From contig NC_045697.1 of the NCBI RefSeq assembly GCF_009834535.1, forward strand, positions 111,478,001 through 111,542,000: a stretch of 64,000 nt of DNA, given 5' to 3'. The position numbers and the translations under genes were made by a program. Below the pieces are notes generated by a model, which saw nothing but the letters and a program-made list of their open reading frames with translations, did no database searches and was not told where the DNA came from. Origin of the DNA: Camelus ferus. Taxonomy: Eukaryota. Positions 1-24,468 of the stretch are shown here, one piece after another. Positions within the stretch are counted from its first letter, which is position 1; each line of letters starts with the position of its first letter.

Positions 1-2569
1 GACTTGCGTGTTGGCCTCCGGGGCCCAGCACAGTGAGTCACGGCCGCAGGGCCTCAGGATGCTGGAGGGTGAGTGAACTAACTACTCCATCTGCGGCCAA
101 CTCCCTTCTAACTTCGGCTCAGACTTATGCCCACGCCTTTAATGTTCTGTGCACTCAGCAAGCTCCTGGGTTCCTACGTTCTCCGCAGGACCCTGTCCTC
201 GGGGTGGGGGGAGGATGCCTCCAGCCTCCTCTTGACTCATCAACCACATTTACCAAGTTGCTTGCATGTGACAAGTCATTTGCCAGTTTTCTCGTTTTAT
301 CTGTGTAATTATTCAGTGTCATTCCTATTGCTGTCTATGTTATAATTGTTTGTATAAATCTACAACATCACAAATACAATATTCAGAAGAGAAAAGTGGA
401 GTTTTTTTCTTATGTCCTTCCCTTTGGAAAACAAATTACAGAGATGGAAATCAAATTGCCAATTTCCATCAGATGAACACCTGGAAGAACGACTGGGTTT
501 CTCTGCAGCTGCTGGAAGGTCATTGACACAAACAACACATGACAACTTCGTAGGACAGTGAACTTCCTGGGCCTCGGGAAAGGTAAGCATTATGTAGGTG
601 CACAAAGAAGTACTGAAATCCCTCGCGATGAACGATAACCGTGCTCATCCGCTGCATTACTCTTCAATCCGTAATGTCTTTGAACCTTTTAAAATCTCAA
701 ATGTCCAAGAAAGAAAGCTGTTCACAGCTTTGTTTTATATAACGTACAAGAAGTCAAAATGAAACAGGCTCTTATTTGTGAAAGTTGCCCACTTCCCTGC
801 AAGCTCAAAATTGTAAATGTACATAAACATATGTTGTGTCCACACATATGTGTTAAAGTGTCTCTGGGCTTGACCAACATTTTGGAAGCCTCTGCTTCGA
901 GATGGACTGACCAAGGTGCCAATGAGGTTGAAACTGAGGCTGACGGATCACTCCTGTACAGAGAGGAAAAACAAGCAAATCTCTTCCTTATCACCAGGAC
1001 TGCACCCTTAATTTCAAAGAAACTTTGTGAATGACAACAAACCCAACTCCTCTGAAGGACTGACAGCTTACATCAGCCTGCAGGTGGGTGAGCGGTCAGT
1101 CATACCATTATTTGTGGAAAAAAAAAAAGAAAAACACACAGCATATTCATCAAGTGGATGTTCAGATACAATTCACGGGCAACTATGACTCTGACACGGT
1201 ACCATCACATAATCACGGCTGTTGTGCACCTAAGTGTTGGCTGATCAAAGTCTTTGAAGTTAAATTGGGATTCTCTGATGCTCCAAGCACAAGACTGGTG
1301 TTGACCTTTTTGTTGAAAAGTTACTTACATGTGGAGTCTTGCTCCAAGTTAATGAAGAAGACGGTTCGGTGTGCTCCCCACTTGGTTGCCTGGTTTCTCC
1401 CAGGGGTCTGCATCCAGAGAGGGAGAGTGGGGCAGACTGCAGTCCACTCCACTACCAGGACGTGAGGGGCCTGGAGTCTACAGGGGTTGCTGCCCGAGGT
1501 CCTGTCGGCCCGTACATGCCTTCTCATGGGTGAGACTGTCTCTTTCTGTATTGTCTCTCTCAAGGGAATCCCATGGTGAAAGGGATAGAGTCTAGCTGAG
1601 AACTTAGTTGGAGTTTGTGCAAAACAGGAAGAACAGGAGGGTGGAGACTGAGCGAGAGAGAGAGAGAAACAGTAGAAGAGAGAGAGGAGGGAGAGGAGGG
1701 GAAAATAAGAGGGGAAGAAAAAAAGCAAACAAAGCAAGTCAGTTGAAAATCTGGTAACATCCCTAGTCAAGGGTCTGAGGAACTTGATGAACTTCATCTG
1801 CTTTGGAGTGATACGTGTGGGAGATGCTGCCTTCCTCCTGGAAGATCAGTCCTAAATCAAACTGAGGAGTCACTATCTTTTTCACGATGCTCCATAGCAT
1901 AACAACAAATCAAGACCATAACATGTACAAAGTGTTTCCCCTGCATTTCCCAACGTGACTTTCACAATGACCTTATTTCATTACACACAGTTTACAGACA
2001 TGCCACTTGATTTCATGGAGGATAAATTCCAAAGCAAGGATCCATGGGGTCAAAGAGAAATAGTATTAATTCAAAGATCTATTTTAGAAATGCTTCTTTA
2101 ATCTTTTGGATCTGAGCTGATTGTATTTTAGGAAAGCATGCTATAAATCTAGAGTCTTAACATGTTACTCGGAGCCAAGAGTAAATTGAATTTCAGTGTT
2201 CAGCTCTCTGGCTCTGAAGAAATTGTTTCTGTGCCTTTACCAACAATAAAATGTGATAAGTCTTTAACAACCATAAAATGTGGTAGTGGTGTTATTTTAT
2301 AGGCCTTAATTTTTCTACCAACATTATATACCCACATTTGGGAATGATGTTACCAAAATAAAAATCAAATGCCGCGCTCTCATCAGGCAAATATCACAGT
2401 GGATGTCTGGTTTTTCTTGGGCTATGAGGTGCTGGCCATCGCATAAATTTTAAAAACATATAAATTAATCAACCTTGTAAGTAAATAAGATCCTTATTTA
2501 TGATGAGAGTTAACTTGCTCAGGAATCTACAGTGGTAACTCCAAACATAACACAGCTGCACAGCACGTC

Positions 2570-2745
2570 CCTCCCCCACCTCCTGTTTCCCATCCCCTCA
2601 TCTCCTCTCCCTCCCCCACCCCATCCCCCATCTCATCTGTTCAGTCTTCTTCCCCCACCTCCTCTTCCTCCCCACCTCCTCTCTCTCATCTCCCTCCCCT
2701 TCTCATCTGTCCCAGCTTCTCTCCCTCCCTGGTCTCCCAGGCACC
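2570..2745. repeat. Pyrimidine-rich low-complexity tract
   Basis: Strongly C/T-biased on the + strand (cctcccc, ctcatct units). Confidence 0.7.
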
Positions 2746-3529
2746 CCAGCTATCACTTGTCACATCTTTAGGCTCCTTTCCTTCGTCACACTCTCACAAG
2801 GTGTTGCTTCTTTCCCCTTGAGGACCTGCACACCTTAAGGGGAGGCTGCTACCACTGGAGTCTAACCCTAAAAGAGAGTCAATAAATATTTGTTGAAAAA
2901 TGAGGCATGTCCTAACATTTTAAGTCCACAAGAACTTTATGCCTTTTAAACTGTAAAGATCTCAGGGAAATAACCAATTTAACCTCTAAAAGAAGAATAT
3001 CATTTTTCATAGCCTTAATACCTAAAATCCTTGAGACAGGCACTCTACCAGTTATTGGCGTTACTCTTCCACATCCTACTACATTTCACACATAAGAAGA
3101 CTGAGGTTTAGAGAGGTTAAATAATTAGTACAAGTTTATACGAACAGGAAGTGATGACATCAAGACAGCAGAGAAACACAGCATTATTTCCAGTACTGTA
3201 GTCCTAAATGCACTAATTCAGTCACTTTTATTTAGAACCAGGTACTTGGTAATTACTTGGTGGAATGTGGTCGGTAAGGAATACAAAATTGATTAACATA
3301 TAGTTCCCGCCAGACAGGAGCTCAGAGCTTAGCCTCCAGTGTAGAGACCCTAAGATGGCCTTGCCCAGCAATGAGGGTGTTCCCCTCATGCACGAGAGTC
3401 CATTTCAATCGGGATTTAGCAGAATTTAAGTCTGGGGAAAACACAGACTTAAGAAGTGACTTGTTGAGGATTGTAAACACTTTGAAAATAGTACACAATA
3501 AATATTCAATAACTAGGTTTATTTTTCTT

Positions 3530-4025
3530 GCTTAATTAGCCTGTCTAGAATCTCCATTACTATGATCAAATGAAGTGGTAAGAAAGGACATCCTTGCTGG
3601 GCTCCTGATCTGAGCCATCAGTGTCTCACCGCTAGGTGTGTCAGCTGTGGGTTTGTGGTCCGTGTCCTTATCAGGTTGAAGTGGTCCTCTTCTATTGCTA
3701 GTTTGTTGAGTGTTTTCATCATGATAGTGTTGGATTTTTGTCAAATGCTTTTTTCTCTCCCTATTGAGATGATCACATGGTTTTTATTCTTTTATTCTAT
3801 TAATATGGTGCTTATTGATTTGGGGATGTTAAGCTAATCTTACACTTCTGGGATAAGTCCAATTTGATGGTATATAATTCTTTTTATATGTCACTGGATT
3901 TGGTTTGCTAGTATTTTCTTGTGATTTTTGCATCCATATGTATAAGGGATATTGGTTTGTAGTTTTCCTTTCTTGTGCTGTTATTGTCTGGTTTTGGTAT
4001 CAGCATAGTACTGGTCTCATAGAAT
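3530..4025 (-). mobile_element. Old L1 ORF2 fragment
   Basis: Reverse-strand L1 RT-region motifs (ggatttttgtcaaatgcttttt, ggttttggtatcagc). Confidence 0.8.
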
Positions 4026-4737
4026 GTGTGTTAACTGAGTGTTAAACAGGCACTGTTTTCTCTCTACTAGGTCACTGCCAGTGTTTTCACTTTCTTGAAA
4101 ACTCCGGGTACCTGTACATATTCTGATTTTGGTCAAAAATGATTTAACATTCATACACTTAATATTTACATTGAAATCACTTTTCTTGTAGGCATTTTTG
4201 CATACCTATTCTGGTTTCAGTCCAAAATAGTCACGTTTTCATTTTATTTAGCCTTTCTTAACCCCAGACACTCTGTAGGAGCCATGGAGGCACTGTGAGT
4301 AAGGTCACCACCACGACAGTCCTTGAGGAGTTCCCAGTTCACTGGGCATGCAGGCAAGTAAATTGGCCTTTACAGCCCAGTGGGCTGAGGGCCGTGATAG
4401 GGGGAGAACAGAGTCAAGAGATAACTTCAGAGACGTTCCTGTGTCGGACTTGGAGAGAAGAGGTGAGAAAATCATCACTGGAGGGATGTCTGATCTAAGA
4501 CTGGAGAACGCGTGGGAGTTAGCCAGGAGAAGAGGACGGAAGTTCTTGGAGAAGAAAGATTGTTCCAGGCATCAGGAAGAGAAAATAAAAATGACAAGAG
4601 AGAGCAGGGTTCTCTGTAGGGACTGAAGCAGCTCAGTGTGGGCCTGGCTGGAGCAGTACAAGTTGAGTCAATTGAGACAAAACCTTGTAAGCTGTTTGAA
4701 AAATGGTTGTAACAACACATTAAAATATCTCCACTAG

Positions 4738-5210
4738 CGAATACTACTCAGCCATAAAAAAGAATGAAATAATGCCATTTCCAACAACATGGATGGACCT
4801 CGAGATTGTCATTCTAAGTGAAGTAAGTCACACTGAGAAAGAAAAAGACCATATGATATCACTCATATGTGGAATCTAAAAAAAAAAAAAAGACAAGTAA
4901 ACTTATTACAAAACAGACTCACAGACACAGAAAACAAACTTATGGTTACCCAGGGTGGGGAGGGCTAAAGAATGTGGGAAGGAATAAATTGGGATTTTGA
5001 GATTTGCAGTGTATATATACTATATATAAAATAGATAAACAACAAGTTTATAGTGTATAGCTCAGGGGGAACTATATTCAATATCTTGTAACCTATAATG
5101 AAAAAGAATATGAAAACAAATATATGCATGTATATGTATGACTGAACCATTATGCTGTACACCAGAAATTGATACAACATTGTAAATTGACTGTACAATT
5201 AAAAAAAAAA
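4738..5210 (+). mobile_element. 5'-truncated L1 3' end with poly(A) and TSD
   Basis: gaatactactcagccataaaaaagaatgaaataatgccattt...; A tail; flanked by atctccactag and atctccattag. Confidence 0.9.
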
Positions 5211-5299
5211 TCTCCATTAGGACCATTGGCAGGGCTGGAGGCGTCACTGGAGATAACTCCGTTCAAACGCCCCCTCATCCAGGGATGGTCTCTGCTACA

Positions 5300-6330
5300 C
5301 ACTGACGAAGGATCCCAAAGCTGCTGCCTAAACCATCAGTGAAGGAGCAGGTCACAAGCTCCAACGGTTAGAAAATTCTTCCAAAGTTTGAGCTATTAAA
5401 AAAACAACTCCTACAGCTCTATTTCCAAGTAAAGTTCTTCCCTCTGGGGCAGTAGAGACCGCCTTGTCTGCTTTTACACAAAACCATTTTGGATATTTGA
5501 AGGCAACTTTGATGTTTCTATCTAGTCCTCTCGTCACCAACCATCGCTTTCCAAAAGAGCCTCTGTACTGATGAAAATGCCCTGTGGCCTACGTTGTCAA
5601 GTGTGTCAGTAGCCACATGCTGCCAGTCCCTCCCATACTTGATAGAGCTGCTCTAGACTAGGTTTCTATATTCCCTTAAAAGATTTTTGTGTCACTATTG
5701 TCAGGCCTTAAGCCACTCCTGGTTACTCTTTTGAGTATCAGTCAAAATGTGCCACAGTAAACATGGTACATTTCCACGTGCAGCCAAGCAAGCACTCCGG
5801 TGAGACAAACGATCACCATCTCTGCAGTTTGGACTTGCCAGTAATTCCATTTAAGACTGTCTTAATTTGAGGGTAAGTCAGTACTTGTCATCTACAAAAA
5901 TTCTTAAGGTTTTCAGAAATAGATTTCTATTAATCCAGGTCTGTAGCTTTCAACTTCCATTTGTACAGCTGAACTTTAAATGAAGGCAAAAAAAAAAAAA
6001 AAAAAAAGATTGGATCTTGACTCTGTCCTGTAGGACGAAGTGTTAGCTTTCTTTTTTTTTTTTTCCTTTGCTTTAATCATAAGTGTATTAAGTCTGCCTT
6101 CGATGGCATTATCTAAGTCGATGAGACATGTGTTTCACAGGACAAGGCCACAGTCAAAGCCTCCTGTCAGGACACTGGAAACTCTCATTAGTCAAGATAC
6201 TTTGTATTCGGTTGTTCAACCAGGTAAGAATCTAATTCTGCTCCTCATCAGAAGTGATGAAGGAGGTAGTCAAGTTCTTGATCTGGATATTGACTGTGTG
6301 GATGTGATCATTCAGCAAGCTGTGGGCTTT
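5300..6330 (-). mobile_element. Ancient CR1/L3 LINE, RT C-terminal part and 3' end, degenerate
   Basis: Minus translation VSSVLTGGFDCGLVL*NTCLIDLDNAIEG resembles CR1 VSSGVPQGSVLGPVLFNIFINDLD; KVAFKYPK...APEGRT resembles AVFKYLK...APEGRT. Confidence 0.75.
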
Positions 6331-7509
6331 TGTTTGTGTATTTCTTTTTTTTTTTTCACTGTATATTTATTACATCCTTTATTTTGGACATTTGGTTGTT
6401 TCTGTTTGTATATTTCAATGAAAACTTTCTAACACAGTTTTTGCAAAATACTGACAACCAGCATTGCAGTCTTTAGTCCGAACTCTGTTCACAAAGGCCC
6501 CGTCCCCAGCTCTGCATGGTCACCCCTCCCCAGGGGTTTCTCTGGAGAAACTGAATAGAAATTGAACAAGAGGCTCAGGACTCTGGGATACTGGGGAGGC
6601 CTTGAGCGAGGTGGGCATGAGGCTGAGAACAGAGGGATTTTGTGACCGGGCACCCCCTGAACTCAGGGACCCCCAGATCCCCTGTTCAGACCTGATTCCC
6701 AGAATGATGGCATCTGGGCCTATTTTTCCCCAGACAGAGATCAGAAGATTCTTCTCTGGAGAAGCTGAACCCAACCTCCAGAAATACACAAAGTCTGAAA
6801 AGACCAATCATCTAACATGGCCTCAGAATCACATTTGCAAATCCTCATCCTCCAGAGAAGTGTAACTCCTTTGAACTTGGAAACTTCAAGTCATTTAAAG
6901 CTGTTCCGCCCTTGACGAAAGTCTGCGCCTCCACACTGGGATTCAGCTCCTGGTTAGCCGGCTAATGTGCTTGCTTTTCCAACTTGAAGACGGCTTTCCC
7001 TTGAAGGGCAGGTGCTGAGGGGTTCTGAAGCCCCCCTAACATGTTAACGGTGTGTCACCCACCCCTGAAGAGTGGCCCTTATTCCTACGGCTTCCTCTTT
7101 ACCTTTTTCTATCATTAGCAGATGAATTATTTTCTAGCAAAAGAAAGCTCAGAGACTCTTCATGGAATACAAGAAGTGTGGCTCAAATCGGCCAAAAGAC
7201 TAAACAACTTTAGATTTTCTTTATTAGGTAGACACAGTCTTTTGTCAAGTTAAATACACACCCATGCCCTCTGAATCTGTAATTTGTTCACAACAAGAAC
7301 GTATCAGGGAACATATTCCATGAGAATCTGCACCCATGGAATCCGACCTTATTAGCGAGCAGTCAGACTTCAGCTGACCAGGCAGCCCCCACGCCGGCTT
7401 CGCTGTTCTTACTTAAAACTTTCTGAGTTGATTGTTTAAATAGCAGTGTAATTGCCAAACCCTACGTTAAGATGCTATTACAATATTCTCCCCTTTTTAA
7501 AATCGATAC

Positions 7510-7660
7510 TTTTTTTTCCCTAAATTTTATTGACTTTCTTTTGGTGGGAGAAGGAAATTAGGTTGGTTTGTTGGTTTATTTTTAGAGGAGGTACTGGGGT
7601 TTGAACCCAGGACCTTGTGCATGCCAAGCATGCGCCCTACTGCTTGAGCTGCACCCTCCC
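7510..7660 (-). mobile_element. tRNA-derived SINE (camelid Vic-1-like)
   Basis: Reverse complement of gggagggt.cagctcaag...ggtcctgggttcaa.ccccagtacctcc plus A-rich tail. Confidence 0.85.
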
Positions 7661-9830
7661 CTGCCCCCCCCCCATACTCACTTCATGAACTCCTACCACG
7701 TGCAAGGCATTGCACCAGCTGTACAGAGGCTACAGGGGTGACTATACAGCTAAGTCCCAGCTCTCCACTCCTGACCTGCGTGACTGTGGCCATATTACTA
7801 ACCCTCACTGCGAGTGTGTCAGGCTGAGAGATTAGCAGAAGCAAAGGTACAGAAGAGTGAAAGCACACAGTGCAAAACACAAATTTTTGGATTCAAAGAG
7901 GCAGCATGTCTGAGGAGCGAGAGAAGTGAGGGATACAAACTGGGAGCGAGGGAGGGTGGTGAGAGATTGCTGTCACCTGAAGCGGGAGTAAGACCTCGGG
8001 AAGAAAGGTGGGGATGGTAGGGGAGGCTAGAGCTGGTTCGTTAGAGGAAGGTGGGAATGTTTAACAGAATAGCGAACATAGTAGCACATACTTCACTTGG
8101 AGCATCTTAATCATCACAATCTCCCTATGAAATTTTATTATCCTCATTTCACAGATGAGGAGATAGGTGAGAGGGACAGGAGGGGAATAAGGCTTTCGAG
8201 GACGTGGACCAGTTCCGGGAGCAAAAGGGCAAAGCCTGCAGTTGCAGCCGCTGCATCTCCGCCCTGTCCCGCCCGGTGCGGGGTTCAGTCTCCAGAGAGC
8301 GGAGATCCTGGGGAGGGTGCCCGGGGCTCCAGGTCTCAGTGCGCAATGAGCCTGCACCCATCCTCACCCCACCCCTCCACCCCGAGTTCTGCTTCTTTTC
8401 CCAACAGTTTGAAGGTAGTACTTGAAGTAGTGGGCTCTACGCTCTCACATCCTCATCCTCTTCCTCTCAATGTCTGGAACACAACGGTACTCTAAGCATG
8501 CCGTGGACGTTTTACCGCGGTCCTCTGGTGATTTTATGGAAGAATGTCAGCATCTGACAGTCACCTGTCAGAGCATCCATTTGGCCAAGGGCGCGCATCA
8601 CTCTTCTGAATATTGGCTGAAAGATTCCAGTCTTTTTGAAGAATGATTAGGAGCTAAATCCTCAGAGATAAATGTACAACCCTTCGTGCACCTTGAACCT
8701 TGAACGTCTTTCTCCAGCTTGGGGGAATTTAACAGCCCGAGGCTTTATATGAGAGCAGAGGAATCGGGAGTTGGTACGAGAATTTCTTTAAATATTGCAG
8801 ACCCAAGCTTTTCCAAATGTCTAAATGTCTTTAGCTAGATTATATACAAAAGAAGGAAATCCTAGTTAATTATGACATTGTGGACATTAACTCTGTGAAT
8901 ATTCTACCATTCATTTAAATTACAATATTAACTTTAGGCTTTTAACTTATTACTTTAGCAAAATCCAACATAGATAATCCAAGAAACCAAGAATCTGGTA
9001 ACTTTCTCAAGTACATGCAGATCTATGTACTGTTTTTGTGCTCATCTTCATATTCATTTTTGTCTATCTCATTGTCAAATTAAGATAACTTAATTTAGAT
9101 AATTTAAAAAGAAGTCTGGCCAGTAAATCTTATCAAAGTCTATTTGTACCAAAAGCTCATGAATGAGTCTTCCTACTTTCTGGGTGGCTGTTAGCTTGGA
9201 ACTTTCTTTCAAGTGTCTGTCTTATGAGGGGGGAATTTGGGGAAGAATCCCCTAAGATTTTCTTAGAAGATCCAAGTCTGCAGTGTGTGAATGTAGTGGC
9301 CACAACCATCGCTTCTGAAGTCAAAAGACTGGCCCCATGGGTCTGGAATAACTTCACCTCTCAGATAATTCCCTAATGTATGAATGGGAAAAAGAGCATC
9401 TGCCCTAGAGATTAGTGAGATCGTGCATTAAAAGCACAAGTCAGGGCATACAGTTAGTGCTCAGTAAAACATAACCAGCAAGAAAAGAGAATTAGAATGT
9501 ACCAAGTTGTTTAAAAATGTTTAGCATCATTTTCAACAGTAGGTGTCACTCTCTCCCCAAGCCGTGGATGGAATCACCTTCCACTGCTAGTTCAGATGCC
9601 CGTGAGGTTCTAGGAGTATTAGGGGATGAAAGGTAGATGATAAAAGAACTCCCACAGGTAGCAACGACTAAACAGCACAATTTTAAGTACAGCTACCAAA
9701 CTGCTGTTTGAGGTTTAAGAGGAAACAAATTTATTAAACACACACACACACAGAAGTATAGGGGTGGGGGGGATGGAAAGGGAGAATGAAAAGGGCCACA
9801 GAAGCAGGTACAAGTTAGAAACCATGGTCT

Positions 9831-9942
9831 GCGGGAGGGTATCCCCTGGGTTCAGTCCCCAGTACCTCCTTTAAAAATAAATAAACCTAATTACCTGCCT
9901 CCCAATAAAATACAATAATAAATAAATAAAATATTTTTAATA
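9831..9942 (+). mobile_element. Vic-1-like SINE with internal deletion
   Basis: gggagggtat joined to cctgggttcagtccccagtacctcc, followed by aaataaa tail. Confidence 0.7.
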
Positions 9943-10419
9943 AGAAAGCATGGACTAGCAAGATACTCTCGGCTGTAATTGGAACCTCTTTAATGTAGAA
10001 GTTAAAAAAAAAAAAAAAAAGAAAGAAATTTACCAGAAAATGGCTCCTTATTTGAAAACGTAACAGTTTGGTACTACCATATTAAAAAGTCAGAATTACC
10101 AACTCTTGATTTAAGCTGGACTCTAGATGCTTGAAATTAGACCAGCCCTAAAAAGTTTAGCTCTATTCTTCCGTCTGTATGTTTTCTAAGTGGAGGAAAA
10201 GAGCTGCTTCAATACCCTCCACTTTATTAGGTCAAGAGATTTCCCACAATAGGTAGCCTGATAAATACATGTTGAAATTGCCAAAAAAGTTTAGCAAACA
10301 AAACACTTGAAAAGATACAACTATTCCTCTTATTACTAAACTTAATAATTTGGTGATTTCTGTACTTTTCCTGATAAAAATAAAAGGTGACAACTGATAC
10401 TCAAAGTCGGAAACCAAAT

Positions 10420-11179
10420 AATCAAACAAGATCACATTTATTCAATAGCTCCAAGTGCAAATACAGCAAGTCAGTTCACAAAGTTTCCAGATACAGCTTT
10501 AAGGATAATGAAAAATTGCTATACAAAAATGAAAGGGTAAATAGCAGAAAGAAAGCTCAATTTTTTAAAAATTCAAGTAACCTGAAAACCTTTACACTAA
10601 AATATTCCACTTACATCAATTCAGAAATGCCTTAATTTAGAGATACCAGAAGTACATTGCAATCAAAAAGGATTTCTCCAAAAAAGAGAATCACCCAGAC
10701 TGTTCTTGGCGCTGGCTATTTCGGATTCCGCAGCCTCACTCACACTATTTGGATCGGTGTGGTTTATTTAACCCATGGTATTTGCTCTTTAAGCAAATTC
10801 TAAAAAGTGTTTAAAATTCAGTAAGAAGCCAACACCACTACTAAGAGTTCTTAAAATGGCCATTATGTATTTAAAAGATTTACAGATCAACTTCAGCTTC
10901 CAGCCTATGGTACCACTGGGGGAAAAGACATGGATTAATACTCCTTCCATCACTTAAATCCTTTTTGTCAGGTTAGCAACATGGCCTTTAAAGCTTCCTC
11001 ATGGACACTGTACTTTAATATATAGAAGTTCCCACTAGGAAGATAATTAAAGGTTGTTAATGTTCTTTTTATCGCTGAGTGGCCAAGACACATGTTTATT
11101 TCTGCTCCCCAGAAGCAATGTTAGCTACTAGCTTCAATTCAGGAAAATGTGTATCTTCAGGAAGCTTTAAATGGGGTAT
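10420..11179 (-). other. MSMO1: MSMO1 3' UTR; candidate poly(A) signals at 11095-11100, 10437-10442 and 10223-10228
   Basis: AT-rich sequence after the stop with minus-strand AATAAA hexamers; the cleavage site actually used cannot be determined from sequence. Confidence 0.65.
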
Positions 11180-22035
<10,856 letters not shown>

Positions 22036-24350
22036 TCAAAGCTCTGCAGACAGCCTTATAACTCTGTAAATATAAATAAATAAGTAATAAGCAAGCTAGA
22101 TAATGGAATTCCAAGAAAACAGGTTTTAAAATCCTTCTGATTAATTTTTAAAATAAGAATTACTAAAGGAGCACCAATCTCTCAGGTCCTAAACATATGA
22201 TTAAAAACACAAGTCTACAGTATGTCCTCACCACCTCCACTTGTAGATACGATTTAAAAGCCACATGTTAACTTTCAAGAGCAGGATCTAAAGAACAATA
22301 GTGGGTAAGGAATTTCAACCCATCTTTAAAGAGACTTTTCAGCATGGTCTCCAAGGAAAAATTTGTAATTTCACAGTTGGGTTTAGAAGTGTCACTTAAA
22401 ACCAAAAGAATCTATAAAGAAAAAGCCTGCCAAATGTGACTACATACAAATTAAATACTTATAACTGGAGAATAAAAAGACAATTATAAATAAAGTCAAA
22501 GATCAAATGACAAACTGGAACAAATATTTCCAAGGATTATGACAAAGGGCTACTTTAAACGTGTGCTTTAGAAAAAGCCTAAGAATCTGGCAGAAAAACG
22601 ACAAAAGACCATTCACGAAGCTTCACAGAAAAAATAAACGCAAATGCTCACTAAGCAAATGAGCAGTTCAATTTCGCTCACGTAGGAAATGCATACTAAG
22701 ATAGAATCTTTACGTTTCCTAGTGCCCAGCACCCAGTCACAATATGGGGAAACAGGCGCCACTGTACGCTGTTGACGGGAGGATCAGCCTATCTTTGAGG
22801 AAAAATTCAGTATTTATTACAATTCAAAATGAATACACTTTTTGACCCAACAATTTTCTCACTCACTAAGACTGAAGGAAGCATTGCTTACAATAGCAAA
22901 AACAAAGAGAAAATAGAAAAACACGTTAAGCCCACCAACAAGAAACAAATTAAATTGTCAGGTCCTTCCAAAGACACACAGCCGCTTGAAAGGAGGAAGA
23001 CCTACATGTTCTATGTAGAAAGATGTCTAAGATATGGTATAAAGTGAAACAGCAAGTTGCAGAATGTACAGCAAGAGCCCCACTTACGTTTTTGTGAAAA
23101 GGCTGTATGTTTTGTCTATGCACTTTTATGCATATGTGCATACTACACACACATATAGAAAATGTACAGAAAAATGCATGTGCATACACGGTGGGGGAGT
23201 TGTGGAAAGGAGAAAAATTTTCCTTTCAATTCTATACCTTCTTACATTTTTTTCTATGAGCATGTTTTACTTATATGATAAATAGCTTAAATAGGTCAGC
23301 AAATTAAAAAGGAGAAACTTATGAAGAATATCTCTTTCCTAAAAAATATTCACTGCTAGACAATGAAGCAAGGCCCTCAACATTCTAAAGGAACCGGATT
23401 TCCACCCCAGAATTCGATATCCAGACAAATTACTGAACCAGGTGGGTGAGTGGTATTTTTCAGCCACACAGTATCCAGAAGTTACCACTCCAAAGTCTTT
23501 CTTAGGAAGCTACTAGAAGTTGTTCACCACTAAAACCAAGAAAGTGGGACACAGAAAACAAGAGATCCAACCAAAAGCCAAAATAATTTCCTGGAGAATA
23601 ATGGCAGGAGACCGCAGCCAGTCTGGACTAGAGCAGTGCCCTTTGCTGCTATACCATGTAGTTCCCCTGATCGTGTGCTTTTAGGAAAGCAAGAGAGTAA
23701 ACCAAAGAAGAGAACGCCTTGAGATCCAGGACATATGGACCACCCCACCCCCTCCAACTCAAGAGAAAAGCAAAGGAAATTTTAAGGAAGACAGCGAAAG
23801 AAAGTGCCAGGATGACAGCTGGATGGCAGGCCTAGAGAAGAGCAAATTCAGACTGGAGAAAAATGAAGATCTCCCAGAGGGACAACTCCAGGGAAAAATT
23901 GGAAAGGACAGATTATCTCCTATGATTGACCTTATAGTAAAGTGTACCATGGGAAGAATATGCAATGGGTGTAAAGAAAGTTAAGCAAATGAAAATAATA
24001 AGGCAATTATTAACTTTGGAGAAAAACAAAAGCAAAAAAAATGAAAGAAAAAATAACATGCATTTTAATGTTTTAACTGTGAATAATTTTTACATAGGCA
24101 TAATAACATAGTCTCTGAATGCTGTTTTAAGAAAAAACTGTAAACTAACCTTACCGGAAAGATGGAAGAAGGGAAGGAGAGAGGATATTGGTGTAAGAGC
24201 ACTAAACCTTACTTATCATGATAAGAAAACAGTTGCATAAATGTTTACAAATGTTAACAAATGTTATATCCTCTTGTTGAATTGAAGCCTTTGTCATTAT
24301 ATACCACCCTTTTGTCTCTTATTACAAACTTTGTTTTAAAGTTGATTTTT

Positions 24351-24468
24351 GGTAGGGTGGGTATAGCTTGGTGGTACAGTACATGCTTAGCATGCACCAG
24401 GTCCTGGGTTCAACCCACAATACTGCCATTAAAAAACAAAACCAAAAAAAAAAACTAAATAAATAAAA
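24351..24468 (+). mobile_element. Vic-1-like SINE
   Basis: gggtatagcttggtggtacag...ggtcctgggttcaa; A tail; TSD-like aaagttgatttt / aaagtcaatttt. Confidence 0.8.

Noticed and set aside
442..582. Faint peptide resemblance (GRSLTQTT) to dehydrogenase sequences
   Set aside because: Too short, has in-frame stops, and neighbouring segments give no support
6040..6432. 130-aa hydrophobic ORF
   Set aside because: Phe runs come from poly(T) tracts, and it is antisense to a CR1 remnant
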